DNA of 64,000 bases from the human T2T-CHM13v2.0 reference genome, Homo sapiens. This document shows positions 35,290 to 58,216 of this stretch, piece by piece (the stretch's first letter is position 1; each line of letters begins with the position of its first letter). The stretch lies in the NCBI RefSeq assembly GCF_009914755.1, contig NC_060933.1; one strand, given 5' to 3'. A program made the translations under genes and the position numbers. The notes beneath the pieces were generated by a model. That model was not told the origin of the DNA. It saw only the letters and a list, made by a program, of their open reading frames with translations, and made no database searches.

Positions 35290-35950
35290 TAACATACAAC
35301 CAACTCTCTCCTGGGGAGGGAGGCTAACACTTCCCACATGAAAGAACTAACTTTGCATCTCCAGCCAATGAAAACTCTTGAGAATATAAACAAGGAAGAG
35401 AACTTATACATTTTGAGCATGTCTTATACGTCACTTGTTCCAGGCATATTACATGCACCACCTCATTTAACCCTCCCAACAACCTTCTGCAGGAGGCGCT
35501 ACTATCTGACTTACAATTGAGAAGACTGAGGCTGCAAAAGGTAAAAACTACTTACTGAAGGTCCTACAGCTGGTAAGTGCCAGAGCTGGAATTGAGACCA
35601 GGGCCCTTTGAATTCCAACACCTTGATTGTTTCAGGCAACCTGTCATCCCCATTTGGGTTTCTCTTTTGCTTTAGAATTTAGTACTAAGAGGCAAGGTCT
35701 ACATCCAGACGACAGTATTTAAGGGTTGTGTTCACCAGACTCTACTCCTTGGGAAACTGCTTCAAAGTGGCTAAGAGGTGAATCTTAGTGTGGGCAGTTT
35801 ACAGAACTGGAAGTCTGGACACCTGGATTCTGACTCTGGAAACTCCTCCCATTTATCCTGTGACCTGGGGTTCCTTCCCCTTGCTACACTTCGATTTTCA
35901 TGTGTAAAATGGGGAGGACAATGCTGAGTTCACATGGTTGCCTCATCTAA

Positions 35951-36334
<384 letters not shown>

Positions 36335-37223
36335 TAGTCCATTGCCTTGTTCAGCATGACCATGTCCCTGGGTTGCGTGCTAAACCCTTTAGTGAACCTA
36401 GAAACTGAAAATAGAATCAATTGCACAAAGGAAAGGCTATTTGGAAGTTGGTTTTCCTGCTACTGTAGTGGTTTCATGTTCAGAGACAGAGGCCTTTGTC
36501 CTGTCTCTGTCTCACCATGATCTTTCTGCCAAACCTAGAGGTGACGTCACTACCACCAGCTGTTTGGGCTATCTGGGGCTATCTCCTTGACAACAGCCAC
36601 CCAACCACAAAGCTGGCATTATTATTTCCTCAGACAAGGTCATATCAAATGGCTGGGAGGAAGTAGCTTGCAGTCAGATGTTTTTCATTTGGGTAGAACC
36701 CTCCTGAAGCTTTAACAGATCAAGACATTTGCACTGCCATTACTAACAGCAAAAATAACTTTTTATAGGATCAATATATACGCAATGCTACTACTTTGCA
36801 CTCTTCCGTTTTATCCTCATGATGCTGTGAAGTGAATTGGGTTGATCGCCCTACTCTACAGAAGAAGAAACTAAAGGCTCAGAGAGGGGAAGAGATTTCC
36901 CAAAGGTCACACTTTTTTTTCTTTCCTTCTTTCTTAGTTTTTTATTTAGAAATAATTTCAAACTTAGAAAAAAGTTGCAAAAATAGTACAAAGAATTTCT
37001 AAAATATTAACATCTTCCACAACCATAGCACAATTGTCAAAAATAAGAAATTACATTGATACAATATGACTTATTACAGATCTTATTTAAATTTAATCTT
37101 TTCCCATTAATTCCCTTTTGCTGGTCCAGGATCCAATCCAATATTCCACACTGCATTTACTTGTTACATCTCCTTACTCTCCTCCAGTCTCTGACAGTTC
37201 TGTCTTTCATGGCAATGACACGC

Positions 37224-37629
<406 letters not shown>

Positions 37630-38189
37630 TTACCAACCAACCCTCAACACCAGCAGTCCTTATTAGGACCAGTTCTCAATTAGTACCCACTGCCTTCTCT
37701 GAAGAGCAGGGTGATCAAGTCAGTGATGCCTTCTGGGCCCAACATGTAGCCCCAGGCTGTGCACATAGTAGATGCTCAATGCCAGTTTGTCAAATTAACT
37801 CCAAGTCCTGACTTTTTCTCAAGATGGAAAGTGGAATGAGAAATACCAAATATCAAAGGAATAGAATATAGATTATTGGACTAGGGATGGTAACACACAT
37901 CAACATAATATAAGGTTAATACCAATCTCCCAGTTCAACTCTCTGGGCCTATTTTCTTATCTGTATGCTGAGTGCATTACACTACAACATTGAGGCCCCT
38001 TCAGCTGTGATGTTCCATGAATAACTAAAATTAGCTACCATATATTAAGCTCTTTCTATGTGCCAGGTACTGTGTTATATACTTTGCATTCAATCCTCAC
38101 AATAACCTTATGAAACAAGAACTGATTATGCTCCAACTTTATGGTTGACAAAACTGAAGTACAAAGAGAAGAAAGAGTTGCCTGGCCAT

Positions 38190-38632
38190 TGAAGGGGATC
38201 AAAATATGCCATCCCAACATATGCCCCTTTTGCATAAGGATTATTTTGAGCTGAAGACAATTGAGAATCAACAGATGCAGAAAGAATTTTCTGCCTTCTC
38301 CTTTTCTACCCTGAAGCAGGACATAAATTCCCCTTTGTGAACATGTGCCTCCTCCCTGTCTACCATTAGTTTCCCCCATATATTCCCTAATCACTTCCCC
38401 ATGATTTATCAGCCTTGAAGCTCAACACTCCCTTCTTTTGCTATAATGGGATAAAAGCCCTTGAGCCTAACCACTTATTTGAGTTTCACTTCTTTTCTAT
38501 GAACTCTTGTGCACATAACTATTAATAAAAATTAATATGCCTTTTCTCCTGTTAATCTGTCTTTTGTCCATTTAATACACAGAACCCTCAGGTACTGAAC
38601 CAGACAGGTTAAAGGAAAGTTTTGCCCCGACA
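38190..38632 (+). mobile_element. Solo ERV1 LTR, MER34-like
   Basis: TGAAGGGGATCAAAATATGCC start, CA end; 4-bp TSD CCAT (38186-89, 38633-36); AATAAA at 38524; splits a MIR. Confidence 0.8.
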
Positions 38633-38825
38633 CCATCCAAGTAGCTCAGTTGTGAAGACAGGATTTGAACCCAGAATTCATCCAAAAGCCCATGTTCTTA
38701 ACCACTAGGCCGTAGTGCCTTTCACTGAATACCTGTCCTCAAGAAGCTGGTGAAAATGCACATACATAATTATGAAACAAAGCAAAACATTTTAAATACT
38801 TTGTTGGTATAAGAAAGATAACAGG

Positions 38826-39153
<328 letters not shown>

Positions 39154-40370
39154 CTAGGATCACAGAAGGGATTGAGTCATTCTGATTGAGCAGTTGGGGA
39201 AGGCTGTTTTACAAGTAAGACCTATGCCCTGCAAAAGCAGGATAAAAACCTGTACATACTATTATGTGCACTAGCTCCTCATGTTTGAAGGCCAACAGAG
39301 ATCAAATAAAATCCCTACTTGATGCAACTATTTAAAAAGCCCATGTCACATTCTTCATCCCTTGATTCTACCTCACAACAGCTCTAAGACAAGTTTGTTA
39401 TCATTCTTCTACTGATAAGGAAATTGAGACTCAGAGACATGAACCGATTTTCCCAAAGTCACACAGCAAGCTAGTGACAGAGAGGAGCTTGGACCTCCAT
39501 TTCCTGATTCACAAAAGGTGGTTCCTGAGCTTTTTGAAACTTGCAGGAGCCAGAGATATGTCCCACGGCAAGATCTCCTACCTAAATTGATCATCCTCAG
39601 TACGATGGCCACATCCCCACCCACTTAAATCCAGGGTCTGGCTAACAGAGATCTAAAAGCTGCTGGAAAAATTATCCTAGGATGCCAGAGAGTGCTTTCA
39701 AGCACCCTCTCCAGCTGCACATTGAATATGTAAAGCAGCAATAGCTCTAAGCAGAGAAGGGTAATTGAATTAATCAACTGTCTGGACATTTTGCAGATTA
39801 AAAGAAGTACTTAATGTCTTGTGACTTGCAGGAGGGGACGGTAAACTTTGCACCCCCCTTAAATGCAGTGAATTCACATTGAGAGCACAGAGCAGGAACT
39901 AGAGAAGGATGAACACAACACTTGTGGCAGCTGCAGTGCCTCCTTCCTTAAAGGGATAAATGACAGTCCCCTTTTCCTTGCATGTGTCCTCCTGTGTGTG
40001 TGACATGCCACCAAGTACACTGCACAGGCTGTGCCCTACACAAGCACATCCACCCAAAGGAGGAGTGGAGGCTGAAATTGAGTCCGTGCTGTGCTGGACA
40101 AGCTGTGAGTTTATCCCAAAGCAGGGATGCCTTTTTTCTAATTCACACAAAAGAACTATACATGCCAGTGACTCTTAGAGTCTAAAATATGCTTCCTTCC
40201 CCTTCTCTGTGAGTCCTAGGGTCCTCTGAACAACAGTTTAAGAGAAAGTTTTGGGACCCAGTTTGGGTAGATGTCCCACCTCTGGACTCCCAGCATACCC
40301 TGAGCTTATCATCATTGTGACATTTAGCTCTGTAATTGTTAACTTGGCTGCCACAGTGTGAACTCCTTGA

Positions 40371-43936
<3,566 letters not shown>

Positions 43937-44216
43937 TAAAGACCTCTTAAATAATAGGGAGAGAGGAAGCGAACTATTCATTATAGACCTTGCATGTGCT
44001 GCGATGCTCCACATAAGGTTTTCACTTAACCTCGCTGCAACCCTAAGAGGTCAGCATCAAGACCAGCCTGAGCGACATGGCGAAACCCCATGTTTAGTGA
44101 TAACTAAAAAGTTATTACTTTTATAGGTAATGGCGACAAGACGAAGAGCCATCTGTTAAGTTGCCCCAGATCCTACAGTTGTGAGGCCTGCACTAGAACC
44201 CATATCTCTCTGCTTT

Positions 44217-44959
44217 TGAAATGGGAGGGTTCCCCAATCCCTCTCACAGGACGTGTGAAGGCAAGTGTGGGTTGCCTGTCACTGCCACTGCTCAAACCCC
44301 CGAGGGAAGGGGGAACACACAGACAGGCAGTTGCAGGAACCCAAGTGGGCATGTGTTACAGTGTGCCCTTTTAGCCCTCCTATCTGTAGACGGCTTGAGT
44401 GTTAAACCGCTCAATGGACCCTCTGCCTTTTCATAAGGGCAGAGGGCCAGTGTGATAGCTTTCTGTATTGTGAGCTCTTGCCTAGCATCCTGGAAGAATC
44501 GGGTCACACATGGGCTTGAAGGATGAATGTGGGGTTTTATTGAGTGGTGGAGGTGGTTTTTAGAGGGATGGATGGGGAGCTGGAAGGGGGAATGGAATAG
44601 GAAGATGATATTCCCCTGGAGCCTGCCCATCCAGTGGCCGAACTCCTCTCTGACCACCCCCAGCCAAACTCCTCTGGGCATTCAGATGTTCCTCTTCGTC
44701 TCTCTTTCTCTGTTGCATCATTCCGCAGTTCCTCTGCCTATCTCATCTCCTCCCCTGCTTGTCTGCTTCCGGAGCCTGGAGTTCGGGGTTTATATGGGTA
44801 CAAGATAGGGGGTGTGGTGGGCAAAAAGGCAACTTTTTGGGCACGAAAACAGAAATGCCTGTTCCCACTTAGGGCTGCAGGTCTCCAGGCTTGAGGGTGG
44901 GGCCTTTGCCGGGGACCGCTCTCTTCTACTCAGTATTTCCCTGTCTCCTGTCCATATCA
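44217..44959 (-). mobile_element. Solo ERV1 LTR, MER50-like
   Basis: TG...CA termini; 4-bp TSD CTTT (44213-16, 44960-63); TATAAA (44789-94) and AATAAA (44536-41) on minus; 5' end TGATATGGACAGGAGACAGGGAAATACTG; splits a MIR. Confidence 0.85.
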
Positions 44960-46056
44960 CTTTCAAAGCTGATGCTTTTTGTACCATAAGCTATTATCTT
45001 TTAGAACCAAGAAAAATAGATTTTATGTTGATGTTCCAGTATGCACCTTTTAATTAGACAGTAATACAGGTAAATAATCTATGTTGCTGTTTGTTGGGCA
45101 GCTCATAGCTCAACTGGGTGCCATTTGCTAACTTAGCCTTTAGCCTAGGTTTTCTGGTATGTTTCTGCTTCCTCCTTAGTATACTTAACTGATACTTTAA
45201 CTCTTAATTCAAAGGTTTAATGATCTCTACCTTTTAATACAAAAAGTTGAGATACAGATTGTAACTAAATAAAATTCTTTACCCAGGACAGTACCTGTTA
45301 ACATTGAAACCTTTTCATTTTAACTGAAGGAAATTCAAAATGTAACTGTTGCCAAATTCCTTGTTTCCAAATTTAAAGGCCTCTCCATTTCAGACAATTC
45401 CACTGGGGATTAATGGCCCATTGGCGTCTATACAATTTCCTTAATTTACCCTAAAATTATTATCTTGAGTAAAGCAGAATCTTAATAGACAACATTAATG
45501 TCTTTATCCTTGTCTGGAAGGATCTCATCTCTTTGCAAAAAATAGCTTCTTCAAACGAGGCTGGATAATCCCCCCTAGCCATGGTGATTAAAGATAACAA
45601 TGGCTCATTTAGAAAATGTTTTGGGGAAATTAAAAAGCTGAGATGAAGCCTGTTGGTTCTGGAGTAAAAGTAAAGGCAGGAAGGGGAGGACACCAAAAGC
45701 ATCCATATATTGGACTATGTTTGCTTCCTACTCAGTCAGCACAGGCCGCAGTGTTTGAGGACATGCAGTCAGGTCTGTGGGCGTGATCTCTCTCTACACC
45801 GAAGGAATGAGCTTCATCAGCACCATTCCATCGAAGGGAATTTTGTGCTGTATGTTCCCAGGGTCACTCACAAACATCCCTACTTACAAGTGACTTGATG
45901 CTTTCCAAAATAACAGTTTATTGGGATTTTGGTTTAAGTTTGCACTAATTCAAAGCCTGCAGACTGCAGTATACTTACACACCTTTATTGTACTTATGAG
46001 TGTAGAAACTGTGATACGGCTGATTCACTTATTCATTTACTAACATATAGTGAGGG

Positions 46057-46103
46057 GTGTGTGTGTGTGTCTGTGTGTGTATGTGTGTGTGAGAGAGAGA
46101 GAG
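46057..46103. repeat. Compound (TG)n(GA)n microsatellite at an Alu tail
   Basis: Directly visible. Confidence 0.85.
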
Positions 46104-46114
46104 ACAGGGCCTCA

Positions 46115-46474
<360 letters not shown>

Positions 46475-46514
46475 CTATAAACAAACAAAAGAAAAAACCT
46501 CCTGGGCTAAACGT

Positions 46515-47111
<597 letters not shown>

Positions 47112-47119
47112 AGAGAGTA

Positions 47120-49708
<2,589 letters not shown>

Positions 49709-49979
49709 TGATGTATATAGCTGTAATTCATTCATTTTCCACGGCTGCATAAAATTCTGTTCAAAGTATATGGATAGACCACAGTTCTTCTACTGACAGA
49801 CATTTGGACTGTTTCCAATTATTTTGCTATAATAAATAATGCTGCAGTGAAGAATTTGAAATGCAGCTTCTGGTGCACATATATGAGTTTCTCTAAACTA
49901 TATACCAGGAGTGAAATTACATGCACATCTTCAAAACAAACCATTTTTCTTCATTTAACTTTGATTCAGTTTTTAATAA

Positions 49980-50360
<381 letters not shown>

Positions 50361-50596
50361 TGAACATCTAGAATTTATTCCCAAGTTTTGAAACTTTATA
50401 CACCAGTCTGAAAAAAAATTTTGTGGAGCCTCTGCTTTTTAGGTCATTTCCTTATGAAGATTTCCTAGAAGTGGACTTCCTGAAATAAAGACCAATTTAC
50501 CAATTGTGCCAATTTGCATTCAGTGGGAGGATTTTGATTGCTGAAAAATGAAGTAATAATCCTTCAATTAGTTGTTTATCCTTTGGGGATCATGTA

Positions 50597-50629
<33 letters not shown>

Positions 50630-51992
50630 GAGACAGAGTCTTGCTCTGTCACCCAGGCTGGAGTGCACTGGCACAAACTCGGCTCACTGCAAACTCCGCC
50701 TCCCAGGTTCAAGCAATTTTCCTGCCTCAGCCCCCTGAGTAAGTGAGATCACAGGCACCCGCCACCATGCCTGGCTTAATTTTGTATTTTAGTAGAGATG
50801 GGGTTTCACCATGTTGGCCAGGCTGGTCTCGAACTCCTGACCTCAGGTGATCCACCCATCTCGGTCTCCCAAAATGCTGGGATTACAGGCATGAGCCACT
50901 GTGCCGGGCCGATCATGGATCCTTTTGAGACAATGATTAAAGTATGGGTCTTCTCTCCAGAAAAAAAGAAACACAATTGCATCAATAAACAAAACGGCAT
51001 GAAATTTCAAGGGTTTCTCAGAACCTCTGAAGCCTATGTAAAATTGACACCTCTCTTGAATAAGAAATATTATCCTATCCACTGAATAGAAGTTTTGTTG
51101 CCATACTTCAACAAATAAGTTCACATACCAACTCTTGTATTGTCAACTACCTTTTGTACATAAACCATCACTTACTGAGCACCCACAATGTACCAGCAAC
51201 ATGCCAGATGCCAGAGGCAGAAGAATAAACGCTCCTAATTTCAAGGAATACAGAGTTCACTGGGGAAGGCACAAACTAACAAGTATTTATAATAAAATAT
51301 ATGCAGTAGTAGAAGTATTCATTAGGCAAAATGGAGGTACAAATTTAAGAATTGATCAACTTTCCTTTATCAAAGGTTTGCAAAGAATGAATGAGCATTC
51401 TCAAGGATATTATAGGTAGGGGAAACAGTACCAGCAAAGGAGGAAGACATCATATAACCTGGCATATGTAGGAAATTGTATGAGTTTAACATGGTTGAAT
51501 TGGAATAGTAATTAACGTGGCAAGAGCTGAGACTTTTCCTTCTTTGGGTCAAAGATTGAAAGAACCAATACTGACATATACAATTTCAGCAGTTTGTCTA
51601 ACAACACAAAGGAAACCACAAAAGAAGATTTCCTCCCAAATACTTCTTTTATTACCCAAACCTACTCTTATTACATACAAAGAAAACATTTTGCCTGTTT
51701 TCTTTTGCAACTGTTTGAAGTGCAGTGTTCCATTCAACAGACAAGGTTTAAAATCTACTTATTATTAATACAAACAAGCAGCACATTGTAAATTTAACAT
51801 TGTCTGATGGCTTTCATTTTGTACACGGAAGTACTAGAAAGCCTGTACAATTACTACAATAATTCCTCATAAAATTGCCTTGAAAGACTAACTTATAGGT
51901 AAAACTGCAATTTTAACATTGATTTAGATAGAATGTTGATTTTCAGCCTGTCAACACTCCTAATGCTATCATCTCATGAAAAACGTTTTTAA

Positions 51993-52301
<309 letters not shown>

Positions 52302-53221
52302 AATTCAGCTTAACTTTTAAAATATAAGTAAGCACACTGTTACTTTGAAGTTACTGACTTAATTATAATGGAGCATGTGGAATTTTTTTAAAACATAGAT
52401 GTTTTATACTCCTATGGAAAATGAATACAACCAGTTTTGATAATGCAACCTCGCAAATGTCCTTACTTGTTTGTATATATATACTTTCTCTTGAAACTGT
52501 AATTTGTTTAGATTTCTGCCATGCTTATTCTTTTCCCTTAATACCCAATTCATATACATCACAGAACCACATGTATAAACATAAGGTGTTATTATAAAGT
52601 GATAAAACCTGTTTTCTTGTGTGGCTAGAAAAGAAAAAATAGAGTTTAAAAATTTAAATGTTAACCAACTGAAGTTGAATAAAACAGTTTAAGTTTATAA
52701 AGCTCTCAGCACAAAGAAATGCCTGACTTTTTCTTTTTTTTCAAATAAAGGAATCTCTCAGATGGCATCCCATTAAACACCATCTAGCTTTGTCAAAATA
52801 CAGGTTCTTCAAGAGTAGCTTAAAATATTAAAAAGATGTACTCTCATTACAAGTTACTTAATAAACAGGTAGAATATGGTTTCTCTTCAGATTTCTACCA
52901 AAGAAAGGAAATTCTTTATATGTGTGACAAAGAAATCCAAAGCGAGCAAGTTTTCTCTATAAAATCCGACGGATGTCAGAGGGAATAGGCAAAAGCACAA
53001 ACAAAAATATATGTTAATAATTTTCTTCTCAGGTTTTGTTTTCCTCTAAGAGAGGGAATCTTCTTCATGGATTTTTTTCCCCCCAAGTAGAAAACATTCT
53101 TTAAATGAACTTAAACAAAATACATGGCCAATAAATGAAGAGTTCAAAGATTTTTATGAAGTGGGCTGAAAGTAAATGATCCTTGGCATGTATTTGAAGA
53201 CATGAAACAACTCTGACCACA

Positions 53222-53272
53222 CAAAAAAGTAAACAACAAATCTACAATAGGTACAAATTATATACATTTATT
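53222..53272 (-). terminator. MEGF9: MEGF9 main polyadenylation signal
   Basis: AATAAA at 53267-53272 (minus) followed ~25 nt later by GU/U-rich TTTGTTGTTTACTTTTTT. Confidence 0.82.
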
Positions 53273-54331
53273 TTTAATAATTTTAAATAACACTCTTGTA
53301 TAAATTCTTTCATATATTCAAATCATACACAAATTTAGAAATGCATGATGAAGCCTAGTACAGCATATGTATGAGACACATTTTTTAAGTTTGTGTTAGA
53401 ATTTTAGTGACATAAATACAAGTTTAATGTTTCAGAAACATTCCCTAATTGCTCGGCCTATAATTTAATGTATTATAGAGTGCTTATGCCTAGCATTACA
53501 ACTTGACTTTAAATCATTTAGCTTTTGGACTAACTTAGATCTGAAGCCCTGGGCTTACTTTCTAGGGCTGCTGCTGCAGCAACAAGTAACAATTCCTACC
53601 CACATAGCCCAAAATATAGGAACCAGGGATGTTCATTATAAGTGGTGTTATGTTCACCAAGCATCCTAAAAAGTGTAGGACCAAGGTGAATGATCTAATA
53701 ACCCCATTCCAATCAAAGCTGTCAAGAGGAAGTATTGTTGCTTTAGTTTTCTACTCCCAAAACAGCACTTAAAGGGTTAAATATCCTGATGGTACTCAGC
53801 TGACCAAAATAAACTAGTAGGTCAGTGAGTATTGCTTTAATGGTCAATTTACCTGGGAATATTGGCGCTAGAGAACAGTGATATAATTTGAGGTGTCTAC
53901 AAATGTTGTCTAAAAAACCTCTCTCCTCTCATCCCATGTTTCCTCTGTTCTCTACTCTTAAAATCTAGGTATCACTGGGAAGAGTAACGCACTAGGCCCA
54001 CAGGACCTTAGTATTAATATAAATGAGCTTTAGTTTTCAAATGTCATTTTTTTCTCTATAACTGGAGAAATTCCATTAATAAAAGAACCCTAGGGGATAG
54101 AGGGTAGAGGGAGCGAGAGGGGAGTAAGGGAGGACACGGACATACTTAACACTACCTAGGGCACCTAACCATCAGAAATGCATAGGCGCTTACCAAAATG
54201 AATTAATGAAGATAAAAGCATCGCTTAATGGCAGTATCTGTAATTTCCAAATAAGATTCACATCAGTGCTATCTTATTTAAAAATAAACAGATTTCCAAT
54301 CCTTACACAAACATTCTCCCAATATTAGGCT

Positions 54332-54626
<295 letters not shown>

Positions 54627-55439
54627 CAAAATTAGGCTTTCTAAAGGACTGATGGCATCCTGCTGCCAGATGCCACAGTTTATGGGGCCCATGCCTTTAG
54701 AGGAAAGAACATTGTGCAGTGCATCCCATGCTAGTTTCCTAGAATGATTTCAGTGGTAGATCACTTTCTGATTGATTTATATTTTAAAGCAAATTATTTC
54801 CAGAATCAAAAAGCTCGAGACATTAGAGGATCTTATTTAAAACAAATTTTAAGACTTTTTTTCCCATTGAGAAAAATTATAACCATGATCTAGGAGCCAT
54901 TAACAAGTATTTAAAGGTAAACTTTCTTTGTGATTCAATTTTTCAATACCTTTTAAGGTCTGTTTCAAGGAATTTCTACATGGTCAAAATCCTCTTAGAC
55001 TCCAACAAACCTCCTTTCTCTCTATTGGTTTAACTTCTGTTTAATAAGTGTTCACTTCTCACCACCTTTAATCCTGACCTTTTTTGGGGGGGGCAGGGGG
55101 CGGTGTATCTGGGAGAAAGACAGGTATGCCATTTTGCACAATTTCTTAGAATTGTGCAGTCTGTACACACATATGCAGCAACTGCTAGGGAAAGCAAATT
55201 TTCCCTTCCTGCTTGGAGAGATGAGTTCACCTTAATGAAGCACAAACTGGCAGTTTTGTTTTCTAATCACTAATACTAACTTCAGTTAGTAAATCTTCTT
55301 GTGTTCTTTTCACTAAGTGCTTCATAGCTGTATGGCCCTGGATTGCTCCTGATATTTAAAAAAAATTAAAAACATCCACAAGTAGAACTCTTCCTCCCAG
55401 CTTTCTTGTGTCCATGGCTAGGCAATTTCTGCATATAGT

Positions 55440-55650
55440 TGAAAAAACATGTGCTTTAGAGTTAGAGGCCCTGATTCCAAGCCTAATAATCACACACATT
55501 GTATAGCCTTGAACAAGATATTTAGCTCCTCTGTGCCTCAGCCTTTTCATCTATAAAATGGGGACAACAATTACTTCCTCAGGGGGCTATGGTGTGGAAG
55601 AGAGGACACACATATGGAAAAGTGCTTTGCAAACTACAAAGGGCTATAGA
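55440..55650 (+). mobile_element. MIR inside the MEGF9 3'UTR
   Basis: ctctgtgcctcagccttttcatctataaaatgggga MIR core. Confidence 0.65.
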
Positions 55651-57514
55651 AAAACTAAATAATTTTCATATAATGTAATATAATGTAACCTCTATTCTTC
55701 TGAGCAATGGCCAAATACGCAAAGCACCCTCAGATTACCAGAAGTAGATTATTTGCTTGTACTCCCTCCAGAACATCATCTCCAAACCCTGAGAACAACT
55801 TAGGGGTCTCCTATAAAGGGATGACCAAGTTCTAGGTTTTTCTCTAGGGAAGTTAGGCAAAGGGGTCAGCTTGAATTTCCTAGGTCTAATCTAATAAGAA
55901 GTTTTTATTTTTTTTCTAACCACTTCACAGTTCACTGTTCCTCCTAATAAGTTATATTTAACATCTGACCACCTTTCCCACCCACCTTGCTTAACCCAAA
56001 ATGTCAATATCATAATAAACGAGAGCAACAGTAGTTGGCCTCTAGGAAAAAACTCCATCAAAAAGCAAGAACTAACTAGACACACCCATCTACAAAGCTG
56101 CTCATTAACCAGACAGGAAGACAATGGGAGAACTATAGCACTGCAGGGAGATGGCACATACCTCATGGCAAATGAGTGACAGGCTATGTTCACATGTAGG
56201 AGATTTTTTATTTGGGGTGAGGGAGGATTATAAATATTTCATAGGCATGAAAACTACAGATCCCAAGTAATATGATGGCTTTTCTCTTGGAACTAAAATA
56301 TTTCTATCCTTTGGAAGACTATCTTTTACATTCAAGAAAAACATTTTTTAATGAGGATATGTTTTATATTAATCTATGTAAAATATATAGGGTGGCTAAT
56401 GTCTAATTAGATTAATGTTTTTGGAGAATGCATCCTATGTCCCAGCTTAACGATTACTGACTTCAAAATCTATTGCTTGAATCATAGTAAGTCAAAGAGC
56501 ATATAACTCTACTTTTAGACTGAGAAAGGAAAGAAAGAAACATTCGACCTCTTATAAATTTCAGCAATGTCCTCAAGAAGGACTAAAAATGACGGATGCT
56601 CACCAGAGTCCCAGCTCTAGCAATATTGCCATCTATTTTACAGTATTTTAAGCAATCCCCATATTTTTCTTTTTACAACACCATTAACTGCTGTACAAAT
56701 AAATTCCAGATGATAAAATATGACATGATTTTTTTTTTACAAATAGATACAAATACAACGTCGACCAGATATGCTACATTAACTATGTACACCTTATTTC
56801 TCTAGAGGCAGGAATATTCCTTATTTTTAGACAATTTATCATTTACACTGAGACCCTGAGGAGGACCATCAGCCTCCTGCTCCCCAATGCTGCCTTCCTC
56901 CCTTAGAAGCTTATCCTGTGCTTTCAACTCATCACTGAGCAAGAATCCTGGGAGGAAAAAACCAAGCCCTTCTGAAGATCTTGGGACTTTTCTACCCCTG
57001 TTCTAGAAACAATCAAGATTATTTACTGTGATACAGCCTAGAAACAAGCTTTTCCTCAATGATGTCCTTTTGTATAGTAAAACGAATATAATCCCTGACA
57101 CTGTTTTAAAAAAAATGTTTCAGGAATGGAGATGAAGTCTTCCAGCAGTCTTTTCCCCCTCCACATTCATCATCTTGTTACCACTGGCTTGGTGAATGCT
57201 TCCCCAGGAGTCTATCTGGAGGTCAAAGTGGTTTTGGGCTGCACTATGGGGTTCAGCCTTTCCATACTCCCATGTGGTTTGGTACAAAAATATACTTTAC
57301 TTCAAGTCCTAATGACAGTGAACGCTTCAGATCTTCATGGGAAAACTAAGAGCAATAGATAGGCTAAGCGCATTACAAATTTGTACCTGAAAATTTCAGA
57401 TGCACTATTTGCCTTTGCTTTCTCAGCAAACTCTAGCCAGGCTTTGTCTGGCCCAGGGGCTGACTCTGTCTTAGCAAGCACTGTGGTTTAACAATTCAGA
57501 ACAGTTCTAGCTCC

Positions 57515-58009
<495 letters not shown>

Positions 58010-58216
58010 CTAGTTTTGAGAAACAATAAAAGAAATACGCATGGGAGTGAATGTTGATGTAGGATGTTAACATGATATTCTGCTTTAAGGTAATGCAAGT
58101 TAAAAATAATGTTTAAAGAAATATAGTGATAAGGGTAAGAATCAGGGTCTAGAAAGCTAGATTATTACATCTATGGCTGTTTTCCAATATGTATAATATC
58201 TACATTAAAATCTTTG

